A DNA stretch of 27,512 nt, taken from sequence record SRR22947727_1461. The stretch is one strand, 5' to 3'. The notes beneath the pieces were generated by a model. It saw only the letters and a list, made by a program, of their open reading frames with translations. It was not told where the DNA came from and searched no databases. Numbering within the stretch: the first letter of the stretch is position 1; every line of letters begins with the position of its first letter. Of the stretch, positions 1 to 9,332 are shown piece by piece. A program made the translations under genes and the position numbers.

Positions 1-502
1 GTCGAATTTGTGCTTTATTAGATAGACTATCACCATCTAATAGAGGTGACCATACTGTCAAAAGATTAAAGATTCTTTCAGAAAGAATATCAGGCGACCA
101 AGCGAAGAAATTCCATTTTCCATAAACCTCAATCCACTTATCGACCAAGTTTCTCGCTCTAACGCTTGCATATTTATCTTTCGTCACTGCCAAGTCATTA
201 AGCCAATGAAAACTATGCAACCAACGTGCAAACTGCTCAGAGGGAACAGCGAGTGTCCAGGGGTCACCCTGGGCCCCAACATCTAAATTTTGCTCTGAAT
301 TTTGAAAATGACCCTTCAATAAAGCCTTACCAATATCTTTATCTCCAAATATAAAAGAGGGCTTAGCATCATAAAATAAATCTGTTTTTCTGACATTTAA
401 TCTCAGGGATCTAATTGGGGCCTCTAGCTCAACACACCATCTATGCAAGCCTGAGGTAAGAATAGATCTGAGTATTAGCAAAGAAGAAATTCGGTTTGCC
501 AT
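1..502 (-). CDS. Heparinase II/III-like family protein, N-terminal part (runs off the left edge)
   Basis: Manual translation from ATG at 502 is open to position 1: MANRISSLLILRS...GDPWTLAVPSEQFARWLHSFHWLNDL...ARNLVDKWIEVYGKWNFFAWSPDILSERIFNLL. The LHSFxWLxDL and AWxPxxxxxR motifs and the position after rpe fit the conserved alphaproteobacterial heparinase-like gene. Not in the ORF track. Confidence 0.8.
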   Translation of the reverse strand, partial: MANRISSLLILRSILTSGLHRWCVELEAPIRSLRLNVRKTDLFYDAKPSFIFGDKDIGKALLKGHFQNSEQNLDVGAQGDPWTLAVPSEQFARWLHSFHWLNDLAVTKDKYASVRARNLVDKWIEVYGKWNFFAWSPDILSERIFNLLTVWSPLLDGDSLSNKAQIR

Positions 503-534
503 AACAGTTTCAAATTAAACATTTAGTCATATAG

Positions 535-1203
535 TTACTTTGTACTTTTTTTACGAAGGGCTAATATATTCTCTTTGTAATTTCCTTGACCCTTAAAAAC
601 AGCACTGCCAGCAACAAGTGCTGTAGCTCCAGAATCGATACAAAGCTGAGCAGTGTCTGGATTTACACCGCCATCAACTTCAAGTATAATATCTCTTCCA
701 GATGATTTAATCTTATCGGCTAGAATTCTTATCTTATTTAATTGTGAATGAATAAAACTTTGACCGCCAAATCCTGGATTAACGCTCATAACTAAAATTA
801 AATCCAGTTCCTCAATTAATGTATCAACAACGTCTGGATGTGTTCCCGGATTTAGAACAATTCCTGCCTTTGCCCCGCCTGCTTTTATAGCCTGCAAAGT
901 TCGGTGTGTATGAGGCCCCGCATCAGGATGTATACTTATATAATCAGCACCTGCCTTGATAAAAGGGTCAATCAAATAATCCACAGGCGAAACCATTAGA
1001 TGAACATCAAAAGGTTTACTCGTCCGCGATCTTATCGCTTTGACTACCATAGGACCTATTGTTAAATTAGGTACATAATGGCCATCCATAACATCAATAT
1101 GAATCATATCTGCGCCAGCTTCATCTATGGCTTCAATTTCTTTTCCAAGGTCTGAAAAGTCTGCAGATAATATAGATGGAGATATTAATAGTTTACGAGT
1201 CAT
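535..1203 (-). CDS. rpe: Ribulose-phosphate 3-epimerase
   Basis: SPSILSADF, HIDVMDGHYVPNLTIG, DVHLMV, MSVNPGFGGQSF, EVDGGV motifs. Confidence 0.98.
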   Translation of the reverse strand: MTRKLLISPSILSADFSDLGKEIEAIDEAGADMIHIDVMDGHYVPNLTIGPMVVKAIRSRTSKPFDVHLMVSPVDYLIDPFIKAGADYISIHPDAGPHTHRTLQAIKAGGAKAGIVLNPGTHPDVVDTLIEELDLILVMSVNPGFGGQSFIHSQLNKIRILADKIKSSGRDIILEVDGGVNPDTAQLCIDSGATALVAGSAVFKGQGNYKENILALRKKSTK

Positions 1204-1300
1204 TATTCACTATTACCAGCCCAATACCCCGTACGCAAGCAAAGTAAATATTTCCATTTATACTTCTAACTTCTTAGTAACCTAATTAACCAAGCACATT

Positions 1301-2650
1301 TCATGAACTATTCGACCTTTTCATTTTAGCTATAAAAAAACCATCCATTCCACCTTCATCTGCTAAATAATGAGGTAGTGTTCTTACAAAGCCACCCTCA
1401 AAAGCTTCAAAAGGCAAATCTAAACCATCAATGTTTTTGATAGCCTCCAAGGAGAAATGAGGATTTCTTTTTAGAAACTTATCAATCCTAGGCTTGCCTT
1501 CTGCAGATAGCAATGAACACGTTGAATAAATGAGTACGCCGCCGGGTTTTACAAAACTGGCTGACTTATTAAGTAATTGATCTTGGATTTTAATTAAATT
1601 CGAAAGATCCTTTGGTTTTCTATTATAGAGAACATCTGGATGACGTCGGAATGTACCTGTCGCTGTACATGGAGCATCTAGCAATACAGCGTCATAGAAA
1701 TTTTCATTAGAGTCCCAATCTAATGCATCTTGACATATTATATCAGCTGATAAATTTGTTCTCTTAAGGTTTTCCTTTACCCTACCAAGTCTGGATATAG
1801 ACTTATCCAGCGCTGTAACCAGAGCACCCATAGAGGCAAGTTGCATTGTTTTTCCTCCTGGTGCGGCGCACATATCTAAAACTCTTTTACCGCTTAGGGA
1901 CCCTAATAATTTTACAGGAATACTTGCTGCTATATCTTGAGCCCACCATTCACCCTCAGAGAAGCCTGCTAGCTCTGTTATATTGCCAATTTTATTAATT
2001 CGAACAGAGTTTTTCCCTATAATCTTGCCGCATAACTTATCTGCCCATATACTTTCATTAGACTTAACTGTCACATCAAGAGGTGGTTCCTGTGTTAGTT
2101 GGATACTAAATTTACGACTAGCCTGTCGTCCGTAATCAGACTCCCATTCTCCTAAAAGCCAAGAAGGAATATTTATTTTAGGGGGCTCCTGAGCAGCTAA
2201 CTTGCTACCAGAATCTACCACCTTACGCAAAACAGCATTAGTTAAGTTAGCAAATCCCTTAGAAGAATTTCTTCCTTTAAGCATTGCAACTGTTTCTCCT
2301 ACTGCTGCATGTGGAGGCGTTCCAAGATAGATAATTTGTGCCGCGGCTGTCTGAAGGGCAGCATAAATAAGTTTGGGTGGGTTCTGGCGCAAAAAGGGCT
2401 TTAGAGCTGAGTTTATTTGGCCCATTCTCCTAAAAGTTGTAGCAACAATTAATCGAACAAACGCTCTGTCTCGACTTTCCAGCATCGCATAATCTTTTTG
2501 AGAAGATATTACTTGTTGTAATGGCAAGTTCTTTTCCATAACCTCCTTAACACACAAAGCCGCCAATCTCCTTGATATAACGGAATTAGAATCAATATTT
2601 TTTTTGCTGCCAATACGATTGGTTTTATTTTTCATATGATGCCAATACAT
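1301..2650 (-). CDS. rsmB: RsmB/NOP-family RNA m5C methyltransferase with N-terminal NusB-like domain (start may be ATG 2635)
   Basis: DMCAAPGGKT SAM motif; DAPCTATG and YSTCS contain both catalytic Cys; NusB-like N-terminus (PPHAAVGETV, FANLTNAVLRK). Confidence 0.92.
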   Translation of the reverse strand: MYWHHMKNKTNRIGSKKNIDSNSVISRRLAALCVKEVMEKNLPLQQVISSQKDYAMLESRDRAFVRLIVATTFRRMGQINSALKPFLRQNPPKLIYAALQTAAAQIIYLGTPPHAAVGETVAMLKGRNSSKGFANLTNAVLRKVVDSGSKLAAQEPPKINIPSWLLGEWESDYGRQASRKFSIQLTQEPPLDVTVKSNESIWADKLCGKIIGKNSVRINKIGNITELAGFSEGEWWAQDIAASIPVKLLGSLSGKRVLDMCAAPGGKTMQLASMGALVTALDKSISRLGRVKENLKRTNLSADIICQDALDWDSNENFYDAVLLDAPCTATGTFRRHPDVLYNRKPKDLSNLIKIQDQLLNKSASFVKPGGVLIYSTCSLLSAEGKPRIDKFLKRNPHFSLEAIKNIDGLDLPFEAFEGGFVRTLPHYLADEGGMDGFFIAKMKRSNSS

Positions 2651-2728
2651 TATATTTAAGGTTTGGTAACTACTATGAAAAGGTTTTTAATTGTTTAAAT
2701 TAAATAAAACACTATAGTTTCAATTGTT

Positions 2729-2929
2729 ATGAGTAATGATCAGTATATCAAAAACTATAATAAAGTTATAAGCCCTGCTGCGCAAAGAGCACTGAAAGAA
2801 GCAGAAGAACGTCGCAAAATTCAGCACAAACAAGAAGCCAAATTAGCTAAAGAAAAGGGCGGACCCAAAGGGGCGGAGCCAACGCGTTATGGTGACTGGG
2901 AACGCGGTGGTATTGCTTACGATTTTTAA
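2729..2929 (+). CDS. DUF1674 protein (SDHAF4/Sdh8-like succinate dehydrogenase assembly factor homolog)
   Basis: C-terminal GGPKGAEPTRYGDWERGGIAYDF signature. Confidence 0.93.
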   Translation: MSNDQYIKNYNKVISPAAQRALKEAEERRKIQHKQEAKLAKEKGGPKGAEPTRYGDWERGGIAYDF

Positions 2930-2931
2930 TA

Positions 2932-3426
2932 CTAGAGTTTAGCCCTTTTTTCATGCAATTTAAAGGCGCTATGAAGGGCTCTAACAGCTAACTCTGTGTA
3001 TTCAGCATCTATTAAGACAGAAATCTTTATTTCTGAAGTTGCTATTACAGCGATGTTAATACCGCGCTCAGCTAGAGCTTCGAACATTGTTTGCGCTACG
3101 CCTGTATGGCTACGCATACCTATCCCCACCACGGAAACTTTAGTTACATTTTCATCAAACTTTATATCATTAAAACCTATAGATTCTTTAGAATCCTGTA
3201 GGGTTTTAAGAGCAGTATTTAAATCACGTTTTCCAATTGTAAAAGTCAAATTAGCGGCATTATCAGTACGTGATATTCCTTGGACTATCATATCTACACT
3301 TATATCGGCATTTGCCAGAGCAGAACAGACCTTTGCTACCACTCCCGGTTTATCCGCTAAATTTAAAAGTGTAATTTGCGCCTCATCACGCGAATAAGCA
3401 ACTCCAGATACAACTCTTTCTTCCAT
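2932..3426 (-). CDS. Putative aspartate kinase beta subunit from an internal in-frame start (164 aa, ACT domains only)
   Basis: Minus strand reads AAT-GAGGA-TAAGAAT-ATGGAA: SD-like GAGGA (3438-3434) 7 nt before in-frame Met261 (MEERVVSG), at the kinase/ACT boundary. Confidence 0.6.
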   Translation of the reverse strand: MEERVVSGVAYSRDEAQITLLNLADKPGVVAKVCSALANADISVDMIVQGISRTDNAANLTFTIGKRDLNTALKTLQDSKESIGFNDIKFDENVTKVSVVGIGMRSHTGVAQTMFEALAERGINIAVIATSEIKISVLIDAEYTELAVRALHSAFKLHEKRAKL

Positions 3427-4206
3427 ATTCTTATCCTCATTACAGACTAAAGTTCCTGGATTTGGTTTTCCAGCTTCTACCATTGACGTCAAAACACGTA
3501 TGGGTAAATTATTATTCATTGCCAACTCCACAGATCGAGTCTGAAGGACTTTTGCACCCAAAGAGGCTAATTCCAACATTTCTTCGAACGCAATAAAGTT
3601 CAACCGTCTAGCATCCTCAGCTATTCTGGGGTCAGTTGTATAAATACCATCAACATCTGTGTAAATATCACATCTATCAGCTTGTAATGCCACGGCCAAT
3701 GCAACAGCTGAGGTATCAGACCCTCCTCGTCCGAGAGTTGAAATTCTTCCATCTTCACTAATACCTTGAAAACCAGCAACGACAGCAACTTTACCCTGCT
3801 CCATAGATGAACCCACCTTAGAGCATTCAATTTTAGAAATTCTAGCCTTCGAATAAGATTTATCAGTTCTAAAAGGAACTTGCCATCCAAGCCAAGATCG
3901 AGCGCTAACGCCTCGACGTCTTAATGCTATAGCTAAAAGGCCCGAGGTCACTTGCTCTCCAGTTGCTACAATAGAATCATACTCATCACTTATATCACCA
4001 CCCGTTATTTTTCCTTGATTGACCTTATCAGAGTCTAATTCATCCACTAATGATACAAGCTTATTAGTTTCGCCGGACATAGCCGAAACAACAACCGCTA
4101 CCTCATTACCTGAATTTACTTCGGATTCCACAAGCCTAGAAACGTGCCTTATCCGATCCAAGCAGCCAACTGACGTGCCGCCAAACTTCATGACTATTCG
4201 ACCCAT
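2932..4206 (-). CDS. lysC: Aspartate kinase (alpha subunit)
   Basis: MKFGGTSV, VVSAMSGET, TLGRGGSDTSA, DVDGIYTTDPR, two ACT domains ending TSEIKISVLI. Confidence 0.98.
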   Translation of the reverse strand: MGRIVMKFGGTSVGCLDRIRHVSRLVESEVNSGNEVAVVVSAMSGETNKLVSLVDELDSDKVNQGKITGGDISDEYDSIVATGEQVTSGLLAIALRRRGVSARSWLGWQVPFRTDKSYSKARISKIECSKVGSSMEQGKVAVVAGFQGISEDGRISTLGRGGSDTSAVALAVALQADRCDIYTDVDGIYTTDPRIAEDARRLNFIAFEEMLELASLGAKVLQTRSVELAMNNNLPIRVLTSMVEAGKPNPGTLVCNEDKNMEERVVSGVAYSRDEAQITLLNLADKPGVVAKVCSALANADISVDMIVQGISRTDNAANLTFTIGKRDLNTALKTLQDSKESIGFNDIKFDENVTKVSVVGIGMRSHTGVAQTMFEALAERGINIAVIATSEIKISVLIDAEYTELAVRALHSAFKLHEKRAKL

Positions 4207-4365
4207 TAGACTTCCTTTTAATCCATTAGCTTTTTAATGGGCTAAACCAATATTACAAGTAAAGAGATTTTAAAAATATTCTTCGAACACAAATAAGGTA
4301 ATAAAATTTTCCTTTTAAAAAAACCGTCTTATATTTGTATATAAACGTATTTATATCGATATATT

Positions 4366-5145
4366 ATGCTAGGAAAAATAATGAGAAAGAATAAAGTGTC
4401 ACCTGAGAAACCCTTAAAAACATCTGTTGACCCAGATGAAATGGCAAGTTTTTCAAGAATGGCTGATAACTGGTGGGACCCGAACGGTCCTTTTAAACCC
4501 CTCCATAAAATGAATGGAGCCAGATTAAAGTTCATTATTGATAACCTCTGCGAACTTTTTCATAGAGATCCAAAAGACAAAATTCCACTTAAAGGGTTAC
4601 GAATACTAGATATTGGTTGCGGAGGAGGTTTGTTATGCGAGCCACTAACTAGGCTCGGCGCCGAAGTGACAGGAGTTGACGCATTGGAACGCAACATACA
4701 AACAGCTAGAATTCATTCAAAAAAAATGGGATTAGAGATAAATTACCTACATGGGACTATTGAAAATTTAGTACTATCAAGCAATACAAAATATGATGCG
4801 GTACTGAACATGGAAGTTATTGAACATGTTAATAACCAGTCTACATTTATAAAAAATTGTGGAGCTATGCTTTCTGAAGGCGGAATAATGTTTTGTTCAA
4901 CTATAAACAGAACTTTTAAGGCTTTTACTTTTGCAATTTTAGGGGCTGAATATATTTTACGATGGCTTCCAAAGGGCACCCATCAATATAGTAAATTTGT
5001 TACACCAGATGAAATTCAAAGATGGTTAAAGGATGCAAGCTTACTTCCTAGGCCTTGCATAGGTATGACACTCAATCCTCTAAAAAACACATGGAGTTTT
5101 ACAGAAGACCTCCAAATTAATTATATAACCATAGCAACCAAATAA
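4366..5145 (+). CDS. ubiG: Ubiquinone biosynthesis O-methyltransferase (start 4366 or 4381)
   Basis: WWDPNGPFKPLHKMN, LDIGCGGGLL, MEVIEHV, STINRT, GAEYILRWLPKGTH. Confidence 0.97.
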   Translation: MLGKIMRKNKVSPEKPLKTSVDPDEMASFSRMADNWWDPNGPFKPLHKMNGARLKFIIDNLCELFHRDPKDKIPLKGLRILDIGCGGGLLCEPLTRLGAEVTGVDALERNIQTARIHSKKMGLEINYLHGTIENLVLSSNTKYDAVLNMEVIEHVNNQSTFIKNCGAMLSEGGIMFCSTINRTFKAFTFAILGAEYILRWLPKGTHQYSKFVTPDEIQRWLKDASLLPRPCIGMTLNPLKNTWSFTEDLQINYITIATK

Positions 5146-5147
5146 AA

Positions 5148-5588
5148 TTAGTTTAATTTTTTCTTGTTTTTAGGCGACACTGCTTTTGGTATTGCTGTTA
5201 GAGTGATTCCCTCATTATGAAGATCTTTCGCGTCACTCAAGCTTGCTTCTCCATAAATTTTACGCTCCTCCTTTTCACCATAATGAATGGCCCTTGCTTC
5301 CTCTGGAAATTTATCACCCACATACTCAAACTTATCTTTTATGTGCTGTCTTAATTTTCTAACAACAGAATTAAAATTTGAGAGATCTTGAATGTCCTTC
5401 GATGCAATCGCTTCTTTTTTTCTAGATGAGGATATATTGGGAGCCATAATCGCTTTATCAATTCTTGTTGAACTGCAATACGGACAACTTATAAGCAGTT
5501 TACCTCTTTGAGTCTCATAATCTGAAGAGTTCGAAAACCATGCCTCGAATTCATGTTCTTCAAAACAAATGAGATTATACTTAATCAT
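5148..5588 (-). CDS. DUF1178 family protein
   Basis: MIKYNLIC..HEFEAWF, CPYCSS, KAIMAPN, YVGDKFPEEARAIHYGE, IYGEA motifs; typical position next to the nitrilase. Confidence 0.92.
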   Translation of the reverse strand: MIKYNLICFEEHEFEAWFSNSSDYETQRGKLLISCPYCSSTRIDKAIMAPNISSSRKKEAIASKDIQDLSNFNSVVRKLRQHIKDKFEYVGDKFPEEARAIHYGEKEERKIYGEASLSDAKDLHNEGITLTAIPKAVSPKNKKKLN

Positions 5589-6397
5589 AACTTTAAATTC
5601 ACCTTATTGTATAAAGATGGTATATTTTTTCTAACCTGGTTTACTTCTCTTAGGTCTATATCACAACAAATATAGTCAGGTCGATTATTTTTAATAACAG
5701 ATCTAATTTTACCCCAGGGCCCTATAACCATAGAGTTTCCATAGGTACTTCTTCCATCTTCATGCAGGCCAACCTGAGCTGGCGCTATAACAAAACTTCC
5801 GGTTTCTATGGCCCTAGCCCTTAAGAGTATTTCCCAATGCGCTTTGCCTGTAGGAACAGTAAAGGCTGCCGGGATTGATAGTATATTAGCATTAGCTTGG
5901 GCATAAACTCTGTAAAGATAAGGAAAACGTAAGTCATAACATATTGAAAGGCCAATTCTAGCGGCTTCCACATTAACCAGAACAGGAGTGTCTCCAGCAA
6001 TGAACAAATTCGATTCTTGCCATATCTCGTCTTCAGATGCCTTGGCATCAAAAAGATGAATTTTATCATATCTGGCTTTTATTGTACCTCCAGCTCCAAA
6101 CATAAAGGATCGATTAATAGCTTTATTAAATTTAGCCTTAATTGCGAGAGATCCAACAAGTATATTTACTGATAGTTCTTTAGCTAATGCACTAAAAAGT
6201 TTGACCCCAGGGTCATGACTTTCTTCATGAATATTCTTTAAAAGTTCTTTTGGATTACGCTGTATTATATGGGTCATTTCTGGCGTAGCAATTAACTTAG
6301 CGCCATCTTTTGCAGCAGCTCTTATAAAATACTCGACCTCCTTTAGGTTACAGTTGATGTCTGAACCCGAACACAATTGGATAACTCCAACACGCAT
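5585..6397 (-). CDS. Carbon-nitrogen hydrolase (Nit1-like, probable deaminated glutathione amidase)
   Basis: Glu-Lys-Cys triad (TPE, YDKIHLFD, ICYDLRFP), PAAFTVPTGKAHWEILLRARAIE; coupled to grxC. Confidence 0.93.
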   Translation of the reverse strand: MRVGVIQLCSGSDINCNLKEVEYFIRAAAKDGAKLIATPEMTHIIQRNPKELLKNIHEESHDPGVKLFSALAKELSVNILVGSLAIKAKFNKAINRSFMFGAGGTIKARYDKIHLFDAKASEDEIWQESNLFIAGDTPVLVNVEAARIGLSICYDLRFPYLYRVYAQANANILSIPAAFTVPTGKAHWEILLRARAIETGSFVIAPAQVGLHEDGRSTYGNSMVIGPWGKIRSVIKNNRPDYICCDIDLREVNQVRKNIPSLYNKVNLKL

Positions 6398-6651
6398 TAA
6401 ATTAATAATTTGTCTAATTTACCATTGGCTTCTAATGCATGAAGGTCATCGCAACCCCCAATATGCCTTCCTCCGATAAAAATTTGCGGAAATGTGTTCG
6501 CACCAAAAGACCGTTCTCGCATTTCATGCCTAGTTTCTTTATTAAGATAAGCAGGTATCTCTTCATAAGTTACACCTTTTAAGTCTAATAAATTCTTGGC
6601 TCTCCAGCAAAAAGGGCACATCATTTTAGTGTATATCTCTATTTTAACCAC
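6397..6651 (-). CDS. grxC: Glutaredoxin 3
   Basis: CPFC active site, TFPQIFI, IGGCDDL, GKLDKLL; GTG start. Confidence 0.96.
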   Translation of the reverse strand: MVKIEIYTKMMCPFCWRAKNLLDLKGVTYEEIPAYLNKETRHEMRERSFGANTFPQIFIGGRHIGGCDDLHALEANGKLDKLLI

Positions 6652-6753
6652 AGTAGGTCCTACTCTAACTTGAAATTGTTCTTTTACATACTAGAAATTA
6701 GCCTCTAGACAAGTTTAATACATTTAACTCATCAAATAAATTAGATATTTTTC

Positions 6754-7587
6754 ATGAAGCATATCTCTACAACTGAAAAAATTTTTAATACTGAATTACT
6801 TTCACTAAGACGCGCGCGCGCGAACAAAAGAGCAAAATCTTGGCTTATTAACCGCTGTATTGAGGATGTTGTGGAAAGAATACTTGATGTAAATAGAAAA
6901 TTTGATTCAATTTTAATTATTGGTACGGAATTGTTGCAAACTGAACTTAAAATAGCTTTACCAAAAGATAAATATAATAAAATTACCCATATAAATTGCA
7001 TTACAGAACTAAACGTAAGGAATAGTTTTGATCTAGTTATATCTATTTTAAGGCTACAAACAGAAAATAATGTATATGAGATGATATCTAAAATTCATAA
7101 AAATCTAAAGCCAGATGGGTTATTTATTGCAGCTATGTTTGGCGGCAACACTCTTAATGAATTAAGGCAGGTTTTTTATAAAACTGATAACAAAATATTT
7201 AGTGGTCTAACTCCGCATATCTACCCTATGACAACATATAAACAAGCGGCTGAGTTATTGGTTAAGTCTGGTTTTAACCAGCCTGTGGTAGATAGCGATA
7301 GAATAACAGTAAATTATAGCAATTTGAATCGACTAATAAATGACCTGAGAGACCTTGGGGAAACGAATGTATTGAACACCCAAAGCAAACAACAGCTTAC
7401 AAAGACTTATCTGAATACATTAACAAAGCACTATAAAAGCTCTTATTCAAGAGAAGACGGTAAATTAAAATGTACATTTGAAATATTGTGGCTTACCGGT
7501 TGGATTCCTCATATAAGTCAGCAAAAGCCATTGAAACCTGGAACTCCAAAAGTTAACTTTGAAAGTCTTTTTAATAAAAATAAATAA
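6754..7587 (+). CDS. NDUFAF5/BioC-like class I methyltransferase-fold protein (divergent)
   Basis: LKPDGLFIAAMFGGNTLNELR, PHIYP, GFNQPVVDSD, DLRDLGETN, TFEILWLTGWIPHISQQKPLKPG; SAM motif I is degenerate. Confidence 0.85.
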   Translation: MKHISTTEKIFNTELLSLRRARANKRAKSWLINRCIEDVVERILDVNRKFDSILIIGTELLQTELKIALPKDKYNKITHINCITELNVRNSFDLVISILRLQTENNVYEMISKIHKNLKPDGLFIAAMFGGNTLNELRQVFYKTDNKIFSGLTPHIYPMTTYKQAAELLVKSGFNQPVVDSDRITVNYSNLNRLINDLRDLGETNVLNTQSKQQLTKTYLNTLTKHYKSSYSREDGKLKCTFEILWLTGWIPHISQQKPLKPGTPKVNFESLFNKNK

Positions 7588-7589
7588 CA

Positions 7590-8009
7590 TTATATTAAAA
7601 ATCTTTTACCTGCTGGAAGTCTATCACGAAGTTCTTTTGCCAATGGAATATCTGCAGCAACCAACTCATAGTCTTTTAGCTTATCAGGGAAAACCCACTT
7701 TAAAATCTGCCCTTCACAAGCTTTTGCGAAGCCGTCCCATTGTCTACAGATATAAAGAACCATTAATATATTAAACTCTTCATAAGAATGCGAAACAAAT
7801 GAAAAAGGCTGTAAACAGCTTTCACAGGGGTCTATGTTTAATTCTTCTCTCAATTCTCGAACAATGGTTTGTTCTGGCTTTTCACCAGCTTCGATTTTAC
7901 CCCCAGGGAATTCCCATAATAGAGGATGGGGTTTGTTGTAAGGCCTTTTAGTTATTAGGACTCTTCCATCTGGATCAATTAATGCACATGCAGCCACATA
8001 TATTGTCAT
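7590..8009 (-). CDS. mutT: 8-oxo-dGTP diphosphatase, MutT-type Nudix hydrolase
   Basis: WEFPGGKIEAGEKPEQTIVRELREELNI Nudix box; follows argJ as usual in alphaproteobacteria. Confidence 0.9.
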   Translation of the reverse strand: MTIYVAACALIDPDGRVLITKRPYNKPHPLLWEFPGGKIEAGEKPEQTIVRELREELNIDPCESCLQPFSFVSHSYEEFNILMVLYICRQWDGFAKACEGQILKWVFPDKLKDYELVAADIPLAKELRDRLPAGKRFLI

Positions 8010-8090
8010 TTATTGAAATCCACTAACTTTATGAAAATTATAAACTATTTTGGTCATTATTATATAAAAAAACAAACATTAACTAAAAAT

Positions 8091-9332
8091 TTAACTTCTA
8101 TAATCAGTATTTATCGATATGTAATCATGTGTTAAATCACATGTATATAAACGTGCCTCACCGGTTCCTAAACCTAAATCTACCGCTAAATCTATTTCGG
8201 AATTTTGCATATATATAGAAACTTTTTTCTCGTCGTAATCTTTTGAAATACTACCCCCTTCAGCAATAGCATAAGGTCCCATAAAGATCGATAGTTTATC
8301 TCTCTCTGCAGGTTCTCCTGATTTACCCACTGCCATGACTACACGGCCCCAGTTTGCGTCCTCCCCAGAAATTGCGGTTTTGACTAGCGGTGAATTGGCA
8401 ACACTTAGCCCTATAACCTTAGCACTACTGTTACTAACCGCACCCTTAATACTTATTTTTATAAACTTGGAAATGCCCTCACCGTCTTTCACAACTTGTA
8501 GAGCAAGGTCCATCATTACAGACTTAAGTGCCTCTATAAAATTCTGAAGCCTTGCGTCTGAAGGATCATTGATTTTATTATGCTGGGCTGTGCAGCTCGC
8601 CATTAGTAGGAGTGTATCAGATGTAGAAGTATCGCTATCTACAGTTATTGAATTAAATGTATCTTGTACAATCAAATTTAGTAAATTCTGCAATACACCC
8701 TCAGAAAGATTAGCATCTGTGGCGACAAAGGAAAGCATTGTTGCCATGTCTGGAGCAATCATGCCTGAGCCTTTGGCAATACCATTAATCCTTACAGGCA
8801 CTCCATTAATTGTCGCAGTAGCCGATGAGCACTTAGGATAGGTATCAGTGGTCATGATGGCTTCAGCGGCCTTTGACCACCCAGCGTTAGATAAATTTTT
8901 ATTAATATCAGGAAGGTGGCTTATAATTTTTGAAGCATCTAGCGCCTCACCGATAATACCAGTAGATGCAAAAATTACTGAATTGGATTCTACACCAAAT
9001 TCTTTCGCACAACTGAGAGCTATTTTAGTAATTGCATCTTTGCCTTTTTTGCCTCCAAAAACATTTGCAACGCCAGAGTTAACTATAAGGAGCCTAGGAC
9101 CACCAGTTTGCACATTCAAAGCTTTTTTAGACCAAACCACTGGATGTCCCGGGCAAAGGTTTTTTGTAAAAACGCCAGCAATTTGAGTGCCGGGGCAGCC
9201 ATGAAAAACCCATAAGTCAGCCCGGTTTTTATATTTCATACCAGTCTCTGCCGTTGCCATTGTAAAGCCTGGTATTGGTAAAAGTGAAGAAAATGCTGAT
9301 GGGGCAAAGGGTGATATTTTAAGTTTAGTCAT
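8091..9332 (-). CDS. argJ: Glutamate N-acetyltransferase / amino-acid acetyltransferase
   Basis: AIMTTDT, GIAKGSGMIAPDMATML autocleavage motif, DTSTSDT, VKDGEG, DANWGR, TCDLTHDYISINTDYRS. Start placed at ATG 9332 (MTKLKISPFAP), overlapping the PPIase stop by 8 nt, rather than 9380. Confidence 0.97.
   Translation of the reverse strand: MTKLKISPFAPSAFSSLLPIPGFTMATAETGMKYKNRADLWVFHGCPGTQIAGVFTKNLCPGHPVVWSKKALNVQTGGPRLLIVNSGVANVFGGKKGKDAITKIALSCAKEFGVESNSVIFASTGIIGEALDASKIISHLPDINKNLSNAGWSKAAEAIMTTDTYPKCSSATATINGVPVRINGIAKGSGMIAPDMATMLSFVATDANLSEGVLQNLLNLIVQDTFNSITVDSDTSTSDTLLLMASCTAQHNKINDPSDARLQNFIEALKSVMMDLALQVVKDGEGISKFIKISIKGAVSNSSAKVIGLSVANSPLVKTAISGEDANWGRVVMAVGKSGEPAERDKLSIFMGPYAIAEGGSISKDYDEKKVSIYMQNSEIDLAVDLGLGTGEARLYTCDLTHDYISINTDYRS

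Noticed and set aside
6811-6822. (CG)6 run in an AT-rich genome
   Set aside because: Lies in coding sequence and encodes RARA, a normal basic motif for this family
8079-8095. Possible CtrA box
   Set aside because: Spacing is TTAA-N8-TTAA rather than N7, and TTAA is very common here
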